From positions 4,191-68,190 of IMG/VR virus record IMGVR_UViG_3300024254_000008: DNA of 64,000 bases; one strand, 5' to 3'. Shown here piece by piece: positions 27,085 through 37,321 of this stretch; within the stretch, counting starts at the first letter, position 1; every line of letters begins with the position of its first letter. The position numbers were made by a program, and so were the translations under genes. The notes below the pieces were generated by a model. It made no database searches. It was given only the letters and a program-made list of their open reading frames with translations, and was not told where the DNA came from. The DNA comes from a virus (lineage: Duplodnaviria; Caudoviricetes).

Positions 27085-28662
27085 ATGCCGCCCTATGACG
27101 AGTACAGTTCTCTTTGGGAAGGGAATTCGCCCAACGCGGCGCACGCTTACGAGCGCATGAAGGCCGCCAGGCAAGCCCCGGACAATTCATGGCTTGAGCG
27201 GCTGTTCAGCCGCCGCCAGTCCCCGGCCATCACGTCCCAGCCGCTTCCGCCCATGAACCCCACGGACGAGGGCCGATTCCCGCCATCCCCGTTCGCGCCG
27301 CCCCCCGCGTCACCGAAGGCCGTCAGCAAGCTCAGCAGCGCGTCCGATATTGCCAAGCGCATTTCGGGGATGATCAGCACGGTCAATGAACCGCCGCCTG
27401 TCTCGAACGCCGATTTCGGTCTGCCGCCTTCGGAATACCGACAGCCCCAGTCGGATGATCCGCTGGCTCGCGCGATGAGCCAGATTCCCAATGCCGAGGA
27501 ACCGCCACCGCCTCGTGTTCCGATCAATATGCGCGATGAGCCGTCGCCCGCGTCGCCTGTCATGGCGGCCATCATGAACCTGCCGGCGGCGGCGCGGGAC
27601 GTCGTTCTTGATGCCATCGGACGCACAGGCCAATCAGGTAACAGTCCGTTCGGCAACAACCGGTTCGGCGGTACGACGCACGGCGGCAACACGTTCGGTG
27701 GAAACCGATTTGGCGGCAATCGATTCGGAGCCAGCGCCGGTCCCGGCGAGACGGGCGGCTATCCCATGATCGAGTCCCCATCCCATGATGCCAACAGCAT
27801 CTTTCCCCCGACCAGTGACGTGAGCCGTGGCTACATGGTGCGCGAAGACGAGTCGATGCGTGAGATGCAGCGGCTCCTGAAGATGGCGCAGATGTTCGAG
27901 CGCCAAGGAACGAGCGAAACGGGTGGTACGCCTGTCTATGCACCGCCGGCCTCTCCGGCGTCTCGTCTGTTCGGCGGCAATCGATTCGGTGGGAACACGT
28001 TTGGCGGAAACCGGTTCGGAGCGAGCGCCAAGGCTCCGTTGCCGTACGATCTGCCTTACGCCCACGGTGGCTCCATTCCCGGTTACGCCGAAGGTGGATT
28101 CGAGGACAATCTTCCGCATATGATGGGACTGCTCAAGCAGGTTGTCGAAAACCATCCTCAAGTGGCCATGCCACCGCCGTCTATTCCGTCATTCGCTCCC
28201 CCGGCTGGAGGTGACGGCGGTGGTGGAGGAAGCGGCGGCTTCGGCGGCCTTGTCAGCACCGCTATGTCGTTCCTTCCCATGTTTTTGGGCGAGGGTGGCA
28301 ATGTTCCCGGTTTCATGCGGGGCGGCTATCCGGAGCTTTACAACGCCCCGGTGCGCCATTTCGATTCGGGTGGGGCGAGCTACGTTGGCGGCGGTGGAGA
28401 CAGCGACGGCCGTGCCGACAACGTGAGCGCCCGCCTGTCGCCCAAGGAATACGTCATGGACGCCGAGACAATGTCCATGTTGGGCGACGGCAACCCCGAT
28501 CACGGGGCCATGAAGATGGATCAGTTCCGGGCCAATGTGCGCAAGCACAAGGGCAAGGCTCTGGCGAAGGGCAAGTTCTCGCCCAACGCCAAGAATCCGA
28601 TGGAATATCTGGCCAGTAATCCAATGGGAGACGGGATGCGCCGTCTCGGGACGAAGTCATGA
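27085..28662 (+). CDS. Internal virion / ejection protein, low complexity, with GGNRF repeats
   Basis: Pro/Ser-rich; FGGNRF repeats; C-terminal DGRADNVSARLSPKEYVM domain. Confidence 0.75.
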   Translation: MPPYDEYSSLWEGNSPNAAHAYERMKAARQAPDNSWLERLFSRRQSPAITSQPLPPMNPTDEGRFPPSPFAPPPASPKAVSKLSSASDIAKRISGMISTVNEPPPVSNADFGLPPSEYRQPQSDDPLARAMSQIPNAEEPPPPRVPINMRDEPSPASPVMAAIMNLPAAARDVVLDAIGRTGQSGNSPFGNNRFGGTTHGGNTFGGNRFGGNRFGASAGPGETGGYPMIESPSHDANSIFPPTSDVSRGYMVREDESMREMQRLLKMAQMFERQGTSETGGTPVYAPPASPASRLFGGNRFGGNTFGGNRFGASAKAPLPYDLPYAHGGSIPGYAEGGFEDNLPHMMGLLKQVVENHPQVAMPPPSIPSFAPPAGGDGGGGGSGGFGGLVSTAMSFLPMFLGEGGNVPGFMRGGYPELYNAPVRHFDSGGASYVGGGGDSDGRADNVSARLSPKEYVMDAETMSMLGDGNPDHGAMKMDQFRANVRKHKGKALAKGKFSPNAKNPMEYLASNPMGDGMRRLGTKS

Positions 28663-30590
28663 CCAACCCGTTTCAAGGCCGCGCTTTGGGAGCCCGCTCG
28701 ACGGCCCCGCAGTTCCCGCAGGTTCGCACTCTTCGTCGCAAGAAGGGAGGCAAGATTCCCGGCTACTTCCTTGGCGGCTTGTTTGGCGGATCGCCGGCCT
28801 CGCAGTCGACGGAGTCGCATAGCCAGACCAACTTCGGCGTGACTGATCCGACTTACAACACGTTGATGGATCAGACGCTCCAGAAGGGCATCGATCTCTC
28901 CAACAAGCCGTATCAGCCCTACACGGGGCAAGGCGTCGTCCCGCTATCTGCGGACCAGACGGCGGCGTTTGGCAACGTACGGGCTAATCAGGGCAACTAC
29001 CAGCCGTTTTTCAATCAGGCGGCTGGTTCGGTCGGCCGACTGGGCAATCTCGATCCAGCATCGGCAGGTTTGCCGTACGTCGGGCAGGCTGCCGGCATGA
29101 CGACGGGCTCGCAGGCCGCCTCGCCGTTCGTCCAGCAGGCGAGCCAGAATTTCCCCGGACAGGTCGGCAATTACATGAGCCCGTACACCAGCGCGGTGAC
29201 GGATCGCATTGCCCAGCTTGGCAATCAGAATCTCATGGAAAACGTGCTGCCGGCGGTGAACGACACCTTCACGGGCGGCGATGCCGCGCAGTTCGGGCGT
29301 GAGCGCCATGCCGATATCACCGGTCGCGCCATTCGCGATAACCAGAACACGATTCTGGGTCAGCAGGCCAACGCGCTGGAGCAGGGCTACTCGACGGCCG
29401 GTAACCTGTTCAATCAGGACGCCAATCGGCAGGCGGGACTTGCCGGAACGACCGGGCAGCTTGCGCAAGGCGATATCGCTCAGCGCGCGGGACTGGGCTC
29501 CACGGCGGCCAATATCACCAATCAGGGCATCACGGGCGGGGCGGCGGCGGCGCAGGCGGCGACCGGGCTTGGTCAGGCCAATCAGCAGGCCGGCTTGACC
29601 GATGCCAACGCTTTGTCGGCTTCCGGTGCGCAGCAGCAAACGCAGGCGCAGAACGAGGAGACGTGGAAGTACAATCAGTTTCAGGAAGCCCGTAATGACC
29701 CCTATGCCAAGGCTCAGTTCGGACAGGGCATCTCGCAGGGCTGGACGTTGCCAACCCAGACCAGCACGAACAGTAATAGCACGTCGACCTCGACGTCTGC
29801 TCAAGGTTCGCCGTTCGGGCAGATCGTCGGTGGTATTGGCGGCCTGCTGGGAGCGGCCGGTGGCATTCCGGGGTTGAGTCAGTTGGGCTCGTTGTTCGGT
29901 GGTGGCGGCATGGGAGCCGCCGGAACGCCCGGTTCGCGGTATTATGGCCCAGTGAATAATGGCACCTACGCTGCCGGTGGCATGGTCCCGTCTATCACGG
30001 CGATGCGCAAGTCGTTCGCTCCGCCACAGCCAGCACAGGGTGCGCTCCCGCAGGGACTTCCCCAACGTGGAGCGATGCCCACAGGTATGCCCGGAATGCC
30101 GCCCATGCCGACGCTGACTCCACAACGGCCGATGGGGCAGCCCAACGGCCAGCCCGGATCGCCGTTCGCCGATGGTGGTTACGTTGGCGACTATGCCGAT
30201 GGCGGCCCGATTCGCAAGAAGGCTCCGTCGCAGCGTCCAACACTTGAGCAGCAACTCGATGAGTTCTCGCGCAGGATCAACGCGACCGCGCCGACTTATC
30301 GTGGCCATGAATCCCCTAACCCATTTAATCCTGATCCGAATTCGGTGCGGCAGTATGCGGAGGGAGGAGCGTTTGATTCCGACGTGAGTCGGATTTACGA
30401 CGAGAACGGCCCCACTTATTTGGGCGGTCCCGATCTGCCGGAAGATCAGATCAATTATGAGCCGTTCAGTGGGTATGGAGAGAAAGTTCCCCAAATTCGT
30501 CGCCGCAATATGGACCGGGAATTCAGGGATCATACACAGCGGCTCCTGAATTTCATTTTGAAGATGAACGCCTCTCGGATGGGTGAGTAA
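28659..30590 (+). CDS. DNA pilot / ejection protein
   Basis: Gln/Gly/Ala-rich; YMSPYTSAV; several [FY]AxGG motifs. Confidence 0.75.
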   Translation: MTNPFQGRALGARSTAPQFPQVRTLRRKKGGKIPGYFLGGLFGGSPASQSTESHSQTNFGVTDPTYNTLMDQTLQKGIDLSNKPYQPYTGQGVVPLSADQTAAFGNVRANQGNYQPFFNQAAGSVGRLGNLDPASAGLPYVGQAAGMTTGSQAASPFVQQASQNFPGQVGNYMSPYTSAVTDRIAQLGNQNLMENVLPAVNDTFTGGDAAQFGRERHADITGRAIRDNQNTILGQQANALEQGYSTAGNLFNQDANRQAGLAGTTGQLAQGDIAQRAGLGSTAANITNQGITGGAAAAQAATGLGQANQQAGLTDANALSASGAQQQTQAQNEETWKYNQFQEARNDPYAKAQFGQGISQGWTLPTQTSTNSNSTSTSTSAQGSPFGQIVGGIGGLLGAAGGIPGLSQLGSLFGGGGMGAAGTPGSRYYGPVNNGTYAAGGMVPSITAMRKSFAPPQPAQGALPQGLPQRGAMPTGMPGMPPMPTLTPQRPMGQPNGQPGSPFADGGYVGDYADGGPIRKKAPSQRPTLEQQLDEFSRRINATAPTYRGHESPNPFNPDPNSVRQYAEGGAFDSDVSRIYDENGPTYLGGPDLPEDQINYEPFSGYGEKVPQIRRRNMDREFRDHTQRLLNFILKMNASRMGE

Positions 30591-32151
30591 CGTGGCCTAT
30601 CCCGACGACGATCTGTCCGAGGCCGCTGCCGCCCCGTCGCCGTTCACGGCGCAGTCGGTTTATCCGGCTGATTCGGGCGCGACCAATCCAGCATTGGCCA
30701 AGGAGTTCCTTGATCGCCACCGCGCCGACATGACTCAGCGCGTGCCGGAAATCGACAACTCGCTGAGCAAGATGCAGTTGAACGTCGACAGTATGACCAA
30801 GATGCTGGACGACACGGTCGCGTCGATCAAGGCAGCAAGGTCTGGACGGAGCAATTTGCCGCTGATGGCGATGGGCGCTGGCATGATGACCAGCACCGGC
30901 AATTTCGGCACCCAATTGGGCCACGGTCTGGCGGCCATGGTGCCGACCATCCAGAAGCAGCGCGAAACGGACGAGGCGTCCGATCTCAGCCTTGCGCAAC
31001 TCGGCATGAGAAAGGCCATCCTCCAGCAGGCCCCGCTGGAAGCGAAGCTCGCCTACATGAAGGCGATGCAGACTGGCGATCAGTCGGCCGTGCGGGCCAT
31101 TGAGCAGGCGTTGATCCGGGCGCAAGCGACGTCGGGCAATGCGGCGGACAGGGTGTCCCAGCAGCAACAAAAGCTCGTTCAGACGACGGTCAAGAACGCT
31201 CTGGACGAGGCGCGCAAGCAAGTCGATTCAATGGGCAAGGAACAGTACGCCACGGCCGAAGAGCGCGAGGCGGAAATCCAGCGGCGGTTTGCGATCAATC
31301 TCAAGCTGGCCAAGGAAACCGGTGTCGCCATTCCGGATGACGTCATGAAGCGGGTCACGGATTTGACGGGCGTTCCCGGCAACACCGCCATGAAGACGCG
31401 GGCCTCGTATTTCGATGCTCCGACCAATCCGGAAGCGATTGCGAAGACGGTTGAAGCCGGGCTGCCCCCACCGCCGAGCGGTTACATCTATGAGGCGATT
31501 GGTCCCAAGGATCGTCCAAAGGAACTAGCGGAGCAGACCAAGAACTATCGCAAGGAATCCAAGGACTGGGACACGCAGAGCAAGACAGCGTCGGATACGA
31601 TGGCTCAACTCGACACGGCCGAGACACTGCTCGACAAGAATCCCAAATTGACCGGACCAATCATGGTCGGGCCTGTCGGCTTGCCGAACAATTGGCAGTA
31701 TAATCAATCGCCGGATGCTCGTTCATTGAAGTCTATTTTCACCGGAATTCAATTACACAACGTTCCGCAGGGGCAGGGCGCGGTGTCGGACATGGAGCGT
31801 CGCCTGTTCGAGAACGCGTCACCCAGCATGGATAATGACGTCGAGACAAACAAGCGGTTGATCGGTATCCAGCGGGAAATCTTCAAGCGGGACAAGGATC
31901 GGCGCGAGTTTTTCAGCGAATATTGGAACCACTACAAGACGGTGGACGGCATGGTCCCAGCGTGGGATCGCTACATCACGTCGCCGGCTGGATCGGCCAT
32001 TGGCCGCGATGGCGCCGGCAATCCGGTGCCCAATCCGAATCGCCTATCGTGGCGTGAATACTTCAAGAAGGAACGCGGTGTCGCTGGTCCTGAAGTGCCG
32101 CAGAGCCGTGCCAAGGGCGGCGCGATCAAGCTCGGAAGCGAGTACGACTGA
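30583..32151 (+). CDS. DNA ejection protein
   Basis: Helical; QGAVSDMERRLFE. Confidence 0.7.
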   Translation: MSNVAYPDDDLSEAAAAPSPFTAQSVYPADSGATNPALAKEFLDRHRADMTQRVPEIDNSLSKMQLNVDSMTKMLDDTVASIKAARSGRSNLPLMAMGAGMMTSTGNFGTQLGHGLAAMVPTIQKQRETDEASDLSLAQLGMRKAILQQAPLEAKLAYMKAMQTGDQSAVRAIEQALIRAQATSGNAADRVSQQQQKLVQTTVKNALDEARKQVDSMGKEQYATAEEREAEIQRRFAINLKLAKETGVAIPDDVMKRVTDLTGVPGNTAMKTRASYFDAPTNPEAIAKTVEAGLPPPPSGYIYEAIGPKDRPKELAEQTKNYRKESKDWDTQSKTASDTMAQLDTAETLLDKNPKLTGPIMVGPVGLPNNWQYNQSPDARSLKSIFTGIQLHNVPQGQGAVSDMERRLFENASPSMDNDVETNKRLIGIQREIFKRDKDRREFFSEYWNHYKTVDGMVPAWDRYITSPAGSAIGRDGAGNPVPNPNRLSWREYFKKERGVAGPEVPQSRAKGGAIKLGSEYD

Positions 32152-34346
32152 TGGCTGATATCGAGAAGTTCGGTCGCACCTTTTCGTTCGATGACAACGT
32201 CCCGGACGACGTGCGGGACACACGCATCCGAAACTGGATGCAGAAGAACGCGCCCGATGAGCTAAAAGAAAAAACGACACCAGTGTCGCCGTCTGCGGCG
32301 CCCGCTCAACAGGTTGGGACGCCCATTGTACAATCGGAGACAAATACCGACAAATCCAAGGGCAACTTCAATCCCCGGCTGGCCATGCTGTCGACCCTGT
32401 TGCTGGGTCCACTGGGTCCGGCCGGTCTGGCCATTCCCGGCGTGCGCGAACGCATGGGCGACGTGAATGCTTATCGCACAGTCGCACAAGGTGCGATTCC
32501 GTTCGCCGACGAGATTACGGCCGGCGCGCGCTCACTGGCTGGAACGCCATACGATACGGCGCTGGCTGAAGAGCGGCAAGGCGTGAAGGACTATGGTCAG
32601 AAGCACGGCGAGACGGAGAAAGGTTTGCTCGAAGTGGCGGGCGCGCTGGGTACCCTTCCGCTGGGCATGGGTGCGGCGGGGCTAGCGGCCAAGGCTGTGC
32701 CGGGTGGTGCCAAGCTCGCCGCCCTGATTGCCAAGCATCCGTTCCTTGCCTCCATCGGCGTGGGCGGAACGTCTGGTGCAGTGTCCGGCTTCGGTGCGGG
32801 CGAAGGCGGCCTCGAAAACCGTCTTGCCGACGCAGGCTATGGAGCGGCGCTGGGCAGCGTCTTGGGACCGGCGGCGTACGGCGCGACGAGGGCCGTCAAG
32901 AAGGCCGGCGACTGGCTTAAGACGGACAATCGTGTCGCGGAGTATCTGCGTACCGTCATGGAACGGGAAAAGAAGCTCGACCGAACGAGCCCGACGTTCG
33001 ATGCCGACGCCGTGGGCAAGCTCCGCACCGAACTGGCCGATCAGACCGCGTTGAAGACCGAACCGGTCGTCGGCGATTTGTTGCCCGGCGCGACGGAGCA
33101 GTCTCTCCAGAAACCCGGCAACGGGTCGTCGGAATTGGCCGAGGCGCTCTACAAGCGCCAGTACAACAAAGACCTCCCGGAAGCTGTGGCCCGCGAACAG
33201 AGCCAGTTCGGTCGTCTTCATGATGCGATGGATAGCTCGTTCGGCCCCGACACGTTCAAGGGAACCGACGAGGCGCTCCTTGCCGCCCGGCGTGCCAATG
33301 CCCAGCAAGGCTTCACGCCGGCCTATGCCCGCAACGTCCGGACGCCCGAGATCGATGATGCGTTGGACCGGCTCAACACGCTGAGTCCGAATATCCTCTC
33401 GACGGCGCAACGCTGGGCGACGGCTGAACGCCGACCCATTGGCCGGCTCAATCCGGACGGTATCCCCATCGACTACAACACGCAGTATCTTCACGATATC
33501 AAGCGCTCCATGGATGAGGTACTGGGCGAACAGGGACGCATGAATCCCCGCTTCAACGACATGCCCTATAAGAACGCCAAGTCCGACTTGAACAAGGCGT
33601 TGATGGAGGCTAATCCGGATTACAAGTCGGCGATGCTCAAGTACGGCGAGGATTCCGGCCTGATCGACGCCTTGAAGAAGGGGCGCGAGGAAGTATTCGT
33701 GCCGGGCAGTGTCGACAAGACGGGCGGCATGGATGCTGCCGGCATCAAGGATTATCTCGCCGATCCGAATATCCCACAAGCCCAGAAAGACCTGTTTATG
33801 ACGGCCGCCGCTCGAACGGTGCGCGAGAAGTTCCTTGGCTCCGACGCCAAGAAGTTCACGCACAACTGGGCCAGTTTCATCGAGAACCCCAAGAATGAGG
33901 AGAACCTCAACGCGCTGGTCAACGGTCGCCAACTTGGCAGTTGGGACCTGTTTCGCTCACGTTTGAAGCAGGAGAACGTCAACTATCAGAACGCTACTCG
34001 TGCGACCGGCAATAGCCGCACGTCGGCGCGCGAAGCGATGAAAAAGGAAGCCGAGGGCATTGCGCCGGATTTCATGTCGGCGCTTGGTCTTCTGATCAAT
34101 CCGAAAGCCCCGAGCGGCTGGCGAGGCGTTTTGTCGACGGCAACTCACGCTGTTGATCCGTCCGCTGCCATGCTCAACAAGACGGCGTCTCTTCTCGCCA
34201 AGAAAGGCCCGGCGGCCAACAAGTCGCTGGATGATATCGAGCGTCTATTGAAGGAGACGGCGGATCGTGATGCCCGCTTCAAGCGCATCGGGGCCTATGC
34301 ACCGGGTGCAGTTCCCTTCGCGCTGCCATATCGGGGGCAGGACTGA
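32151..34346 (+). CDS. DNA ejection / internal virion protein
   Basis: Hydrophobic Gly/Ala stretches then a long helical region. Confidence 0.7.
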   Translation: MADIEKFGRTFSFDDNVPDDVRDTRIRNWMQKNAPDELKEKTTPVSPSAAPAQQVGTPIVQSETNTDKSKGNFNPRLAMLSTLLLGPLGPAGLAIPGVRERMGDVNAYRTVAQGAIPFADEITAGARSLAGTPYDTALAEERQGVKDYGQKHGETEKGLLEVAGALGTLPLGMGAAGLAAKAVPGGAKLAALIAKHPFLASIGVGGTSGAVSGFGAGEGGLENRLADAGYGAALGSVLGPAAYGATRAVKKAGDWLKTDNRVAEYLRTVMEREKKLDRTSPTFDADAVGKLRTELADQTALKTEPVVGDLLPGATEQSLQKPGNGSSELAEALYKRQYNKDLPEAVAREQSQFGRLHDAMDSSFGPDTFKGTDEALLAARRANAQQGFTPAYARNVRTPEIDDALDRLNTLSPNILSTAQRWATAERRPIGRLNPDGIPIDYNTQYLHDIKRSMDEVLGEQGRMNPRFNDMPYKNAKSDLNKALMEANPDYKSAMLKYGEDSGLIDALKKGREEVFVPGSVDKTGGMDAAGIKDYLADPNIPQAQKDLFMTAAARTVREKFLGSDAKKFTHNWASFIENPKNEENLNALVNGRQLGSWDLFRSRLKQENVNYQNATRATGNSRTSAREAMKKEAEGIAPDFMSALGLLINPKAPSGWRGVLSTATHAVDPSAAMLNKTASLLAKKGPAANKSLDDIERLLKETADRDARFKRIGAYAPGAVPFALPYRGQD

Positions 34347-35158
34347 TGCCGATTTACGATTCGCCTTTCGGCTCGTTGCCGACGAACCTGCCGCAACCCA
34401 AGGGGCTCCCTGCGCCGATGCAGGTTCAAGCTCATCCGCAGACGCCCATGATGCCCGATCTGGGCGCGATGATGCAGCCGCGTCAGGAGCAGCAGCAGAC
34501 GGCACGTCCGCCGAGTGATATTGAAACCGTCATGGGCAGTCTGGCTGGCCTATGGAAGCAATCACGCGAGGATACGGACAAGCAGAAAGCCAAGAGTCTG
34601 CTTGAGCAACTTCTTGAGTTGAAGAACCAGCGGACCCCGATGAATTCGGATGGGACGTTCAAACCGGCAACGAACGCCGAAGAAAAGCTGCCACGTGACT
34701 TCGCATCGGCCGACGTCGATGCCTACACACGACGAGCCGCCAGCTTCGAATCGGGCGATAATCCCTATGCCGTGAACAAGGGTAGCGGAGCGACGGGCAC
34801 GTATCAATTCCTGCCCTCGACATGGCGCTGGATTGCTAAGGAAGCCCCGGAACTCGGATTGACTGAGACAGGTATCACCGATGCGGTGCAACAAGCCAAG
34901 GCGATGCGCTATTACACCAACAAGAGCCAGCGCATCCTTGAGCCTATTTTAGGCCGCAAGCCGACCGGCGGTGAGCTTTACCTGCTTCACCTGTTGGGCC
35001 ATTCTGGCGGCCCGGCGGTGTTGAGCGACCTTGATGCGCCGATCACGAAGACGATCAGCGAAGGTGCCTACAAAGGCAATCCCTTCCTGAGGCAATACAC
35101 GACGGGCCGCGACTTGATCGCCGGTTTGAACAGCACGTTTGGGGGCGGGGGCAAATAA
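34346..35158 (+). CDS. Virion protein with lytic transglycosylase (SLT-like) domain
   Basis: FESGDNPYAVN..SGATGTYQFLPSTW..ELYLLHLLG. Confidence 0.85.
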   Translation: MPIYDSPFGSLPTNLPQPKGLPAPMQVQAHPQTPMMPDLGAMMQPRQEQQQTARPPSDIETVMGSLAGLWKQSREDTDKQKAKSLLEQLLELKNQRTPMNSDGTFKPATNAEEKLPRDFASADVDAYTRRAASFESGDNPYAVNKGSGATGTYQFLPSTWRWIAKEAPELGLTETGITDAVQQAKAMRYYTNKSQRILEPILGRKPTGGELYLLHLLGHSGGPAVLSDLDAPITKTISEGAYKGNPFLRQYTTGRDLIAGLNSTFGGGGK

Positions 35159-37320
35159 TGACGGTCAACTATGTGACCCTCGTAGCGCAGGGCGGCACAC
35201 CTGTCCGACTTGCCGATCAGACGGGTGCGCCTTACCCGACGACTGGTGCCGGCGCGCTGGTGTTCAATCAGAGCCCGACGATCACGGGTGCGAATCTCAT
35301 CAACCCCTTCATCACGGGCGCACACAGCGACGTCGTTTACACGGCCGGCTTGTTCGTCAATGCCTCGACCTTTCATATTCCCACACCTGTCATGCTGCTG
35401 GCGACGTCGGGCTATTCCGTCGTCGGTGTCGGCGGCGCAATGTACAAGCGTACCAACAGCTTGCCGCCGTTCGGCGCGGGCTTTCAGGATGCCGATGGTC
35501 AGTTCTGGGTGATTGTCTCGGAGCGCGGCCTGCTCATCACACAGTTCGGAGCGCTCCCTGATTCCAATCTCTCGTTCACTGGCGATATTCCTGTCGGCCC
35601 GACATATACTTCTGTGCCTGTCACGGGCACGAATAACTCGCCGGCCATCAATAATGCGCTTCTGTATGCAGCCAGCCTGCCGAGCGGCGGGACCGTTCAA
35701 GTTCCAGCAACCGGTGTGTTCGGAACCAGTGAATCCATCCAGATGCAGACGAACACGACGCTTACCTCATTGGGAGGTTGGCTTGTTCGGTTGAGCAATG
35801 TTCTCGCGCCGGGAAATACGCCGGCCTTTGTCCGACTCGATGATTCCGAAGGACCTATCACTGTCCGGGGTCTTTACATTGATGCCAACGCAGCCGGACA
35901 GATTGTCATTGGTGGCTCTCAGCACACTATCCGAATTCACAATTGCCAGAACTACGAGCTAAGCTGGAATTGGCTCCTCAATGGCACGGGCTATGGCATC
36001 TCGCATGACGTCAGCATCGCGAATGGCCTTATCGCCTATAACCACATCTACAACACGGCTGCGGATGGAGTCGACGTTCATAATACGGACGATGCCGGTA
36101 ACAGCCTGACCATCATCGGGAACACCATTATCGGATTTGGCCGCACCGGTAATCCGAAGGGAGGAATTCACGGACGCGGCGACGGCCTGCAGATCATCGG
36201 TAACATCATCAAGACGTGTTTCGGCGTCATCGCCGGCATCGGCGGCATCGTCGTTGGAAACGGCGAGACGGTCTATGGCCAGAAGATCATCGGGAATTAT
36301 GTCGAAATGGGGCCGCTCCCGGCATCCGGTTTCACCGGCAAAGGAATTGTCACCAACAATCCGGGATCGATCGTACAAGGCAACACTGTAATCGGTGATA
36401 CCGGCATCGCGACCGGTTTTATCGCCAATGGTGCGACCAATGTTTTCACTGGGAACGTGGTGACGCCAAAGGACAGCGACTTGGTATCCGTCACGACCTA
36501 TGGATTCAATCTTGGCGTGACTGCTGTGAATGGCGTCTTTGCTGACAACGTCGCAGTGGCTTGCGGCCTCAGCGGATTCTTCGATCAAGGCACAGGTAAT
36601 CGATATAGCGCTAATTTCGCCCAAGACTGCATCCATTATGCCTTCGATATGTCGAATTCGACGGGCGCATTGCTCGATCACCTGAACACCCAGAGCAACT
36701 GCACGCTTGGATTATTGCGTCGCGGCACAGGGACTCTATTCGATCAGGCGACCGATATCAGTTCTACCCCGACGTTCGCCAATGTGACGCTGCCGAGCTT
36801 TCCTGTGGCGGGGACAGACGCGGCGAACCGGGCATGGGTCGAATCTTTCGTTACCGGCAATTTCACGCCCTACAACAATGCTGCTCCCATTGTCGCTCCA
36901 AACGTGACAACCGAGTCTGTGCTTGTGACAATCCCGATTTTGGGCAACTCGATGGGACTGAATGGCTCATTCGAGATCATGACGCTCTGGGATTTCATCG
37001 CGACGGCGAACCTTCAGTTTCGTGTCCGATTCGGCCAGTTCCCGGTTGGGACCAATGTGGCATTCTTGGGAGTCACGCTCACCACGTTCACCAATCGGTC
37101 GGCACGCTTCATCACGAACATCGGCAATGCGGGCGCGGCGAATGCCCAGATCGGCTGGGCGGCCAACAATGGCTCGTATGGCTTCTCGGGCACGGATTGC
37201 CAAAGTGGGGCGATCAACACGCTCATCGACCAGAACATCTATATCACCGTCACCAAGACGACGGCGGTCGACAGTTGCACGCTCCGTCGTGCAACTGTCC
37301 TGTTTACGCCGGGGACGTGA
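35158..37320 (+). CDS. Tail spike / polysaccharide depolymerase (parallel beta-helix)
   Basis: NNSPAINNAL..GGTVQVP pectate-lyase-like cap; repeated I.GN.I beta-helix rungs. Confidence 0.85.
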   Translation: MTVNYVTLVAQGGTPVRLADQTGAPYPTTGAGALVFNQSPTITGANLINPFITGAHSDVVYTAGLFVNASTFHIPTPVMLLATSGYSVVGVGGAMYKRTNSLPPFGAGFQDADGQFWVIVSERGLLITQFGALPDSNLSFTGDIPVGPTYTSVPVTGTNNSPAINNALLYAASLPSGGTVQVPATGVFGTSESIQMQTNTTLTSLGGWLVRLSNVLAPGNTPAFVRLDDSEGPITVRGLYIDANAAGQIVIGGSQHTIRIHNCQNYELSWNWLLNGTGYGISHDVSIANGLIAYNHIYNTAADGVDVHNTDDAGNSLTIIGNTIIGFGRTGNPKGGIHGRGDGLQIIGNIIKTCFGVIAGIGGIVVGNGETVYGQKIIGNYVEMGPLPASGFTGKGIVTNNPGSIVQGNTVIGDTGIATGFIANGATNVFTGNVVTPKDSDLVSVTTYGFNLGVTAVNGVFADNVAVACGLSGFFDQGTGNRYSANFAQDCIHYAFDMSNSTGALLDHLNTQSNCTLGLLRRGTGTLFDQATDISSTPTFANVTLPSFPVAGTDAANRAWVESFVTGNFTPYNNAAPIVAPNVTTESVLVTIPILGNSMGLNGSFEIMTLWDFIATANLQFRVRFGQFPVGTNVAFLGVTLTTFTNRSARFITNIGNAGAANAQIGWAANNGSYGFSGTDCQSGAINTLIDQNIYITVTKTTAVDSCTLRRATVLFTPGT

Positions 37321-37321
37321 T

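Noticed and set aside
26838-28029. CRISPR array from the 10-mer or GGNRF repeats
   Set aside because: No constant 23-47 bp repeats with unique spacers and no cas genes
24975-33932. Long minus-strand ORFs (24975-26432, 28944-30533, 32682-33932)
   Set aside because: Shadows of tail and ejection genes
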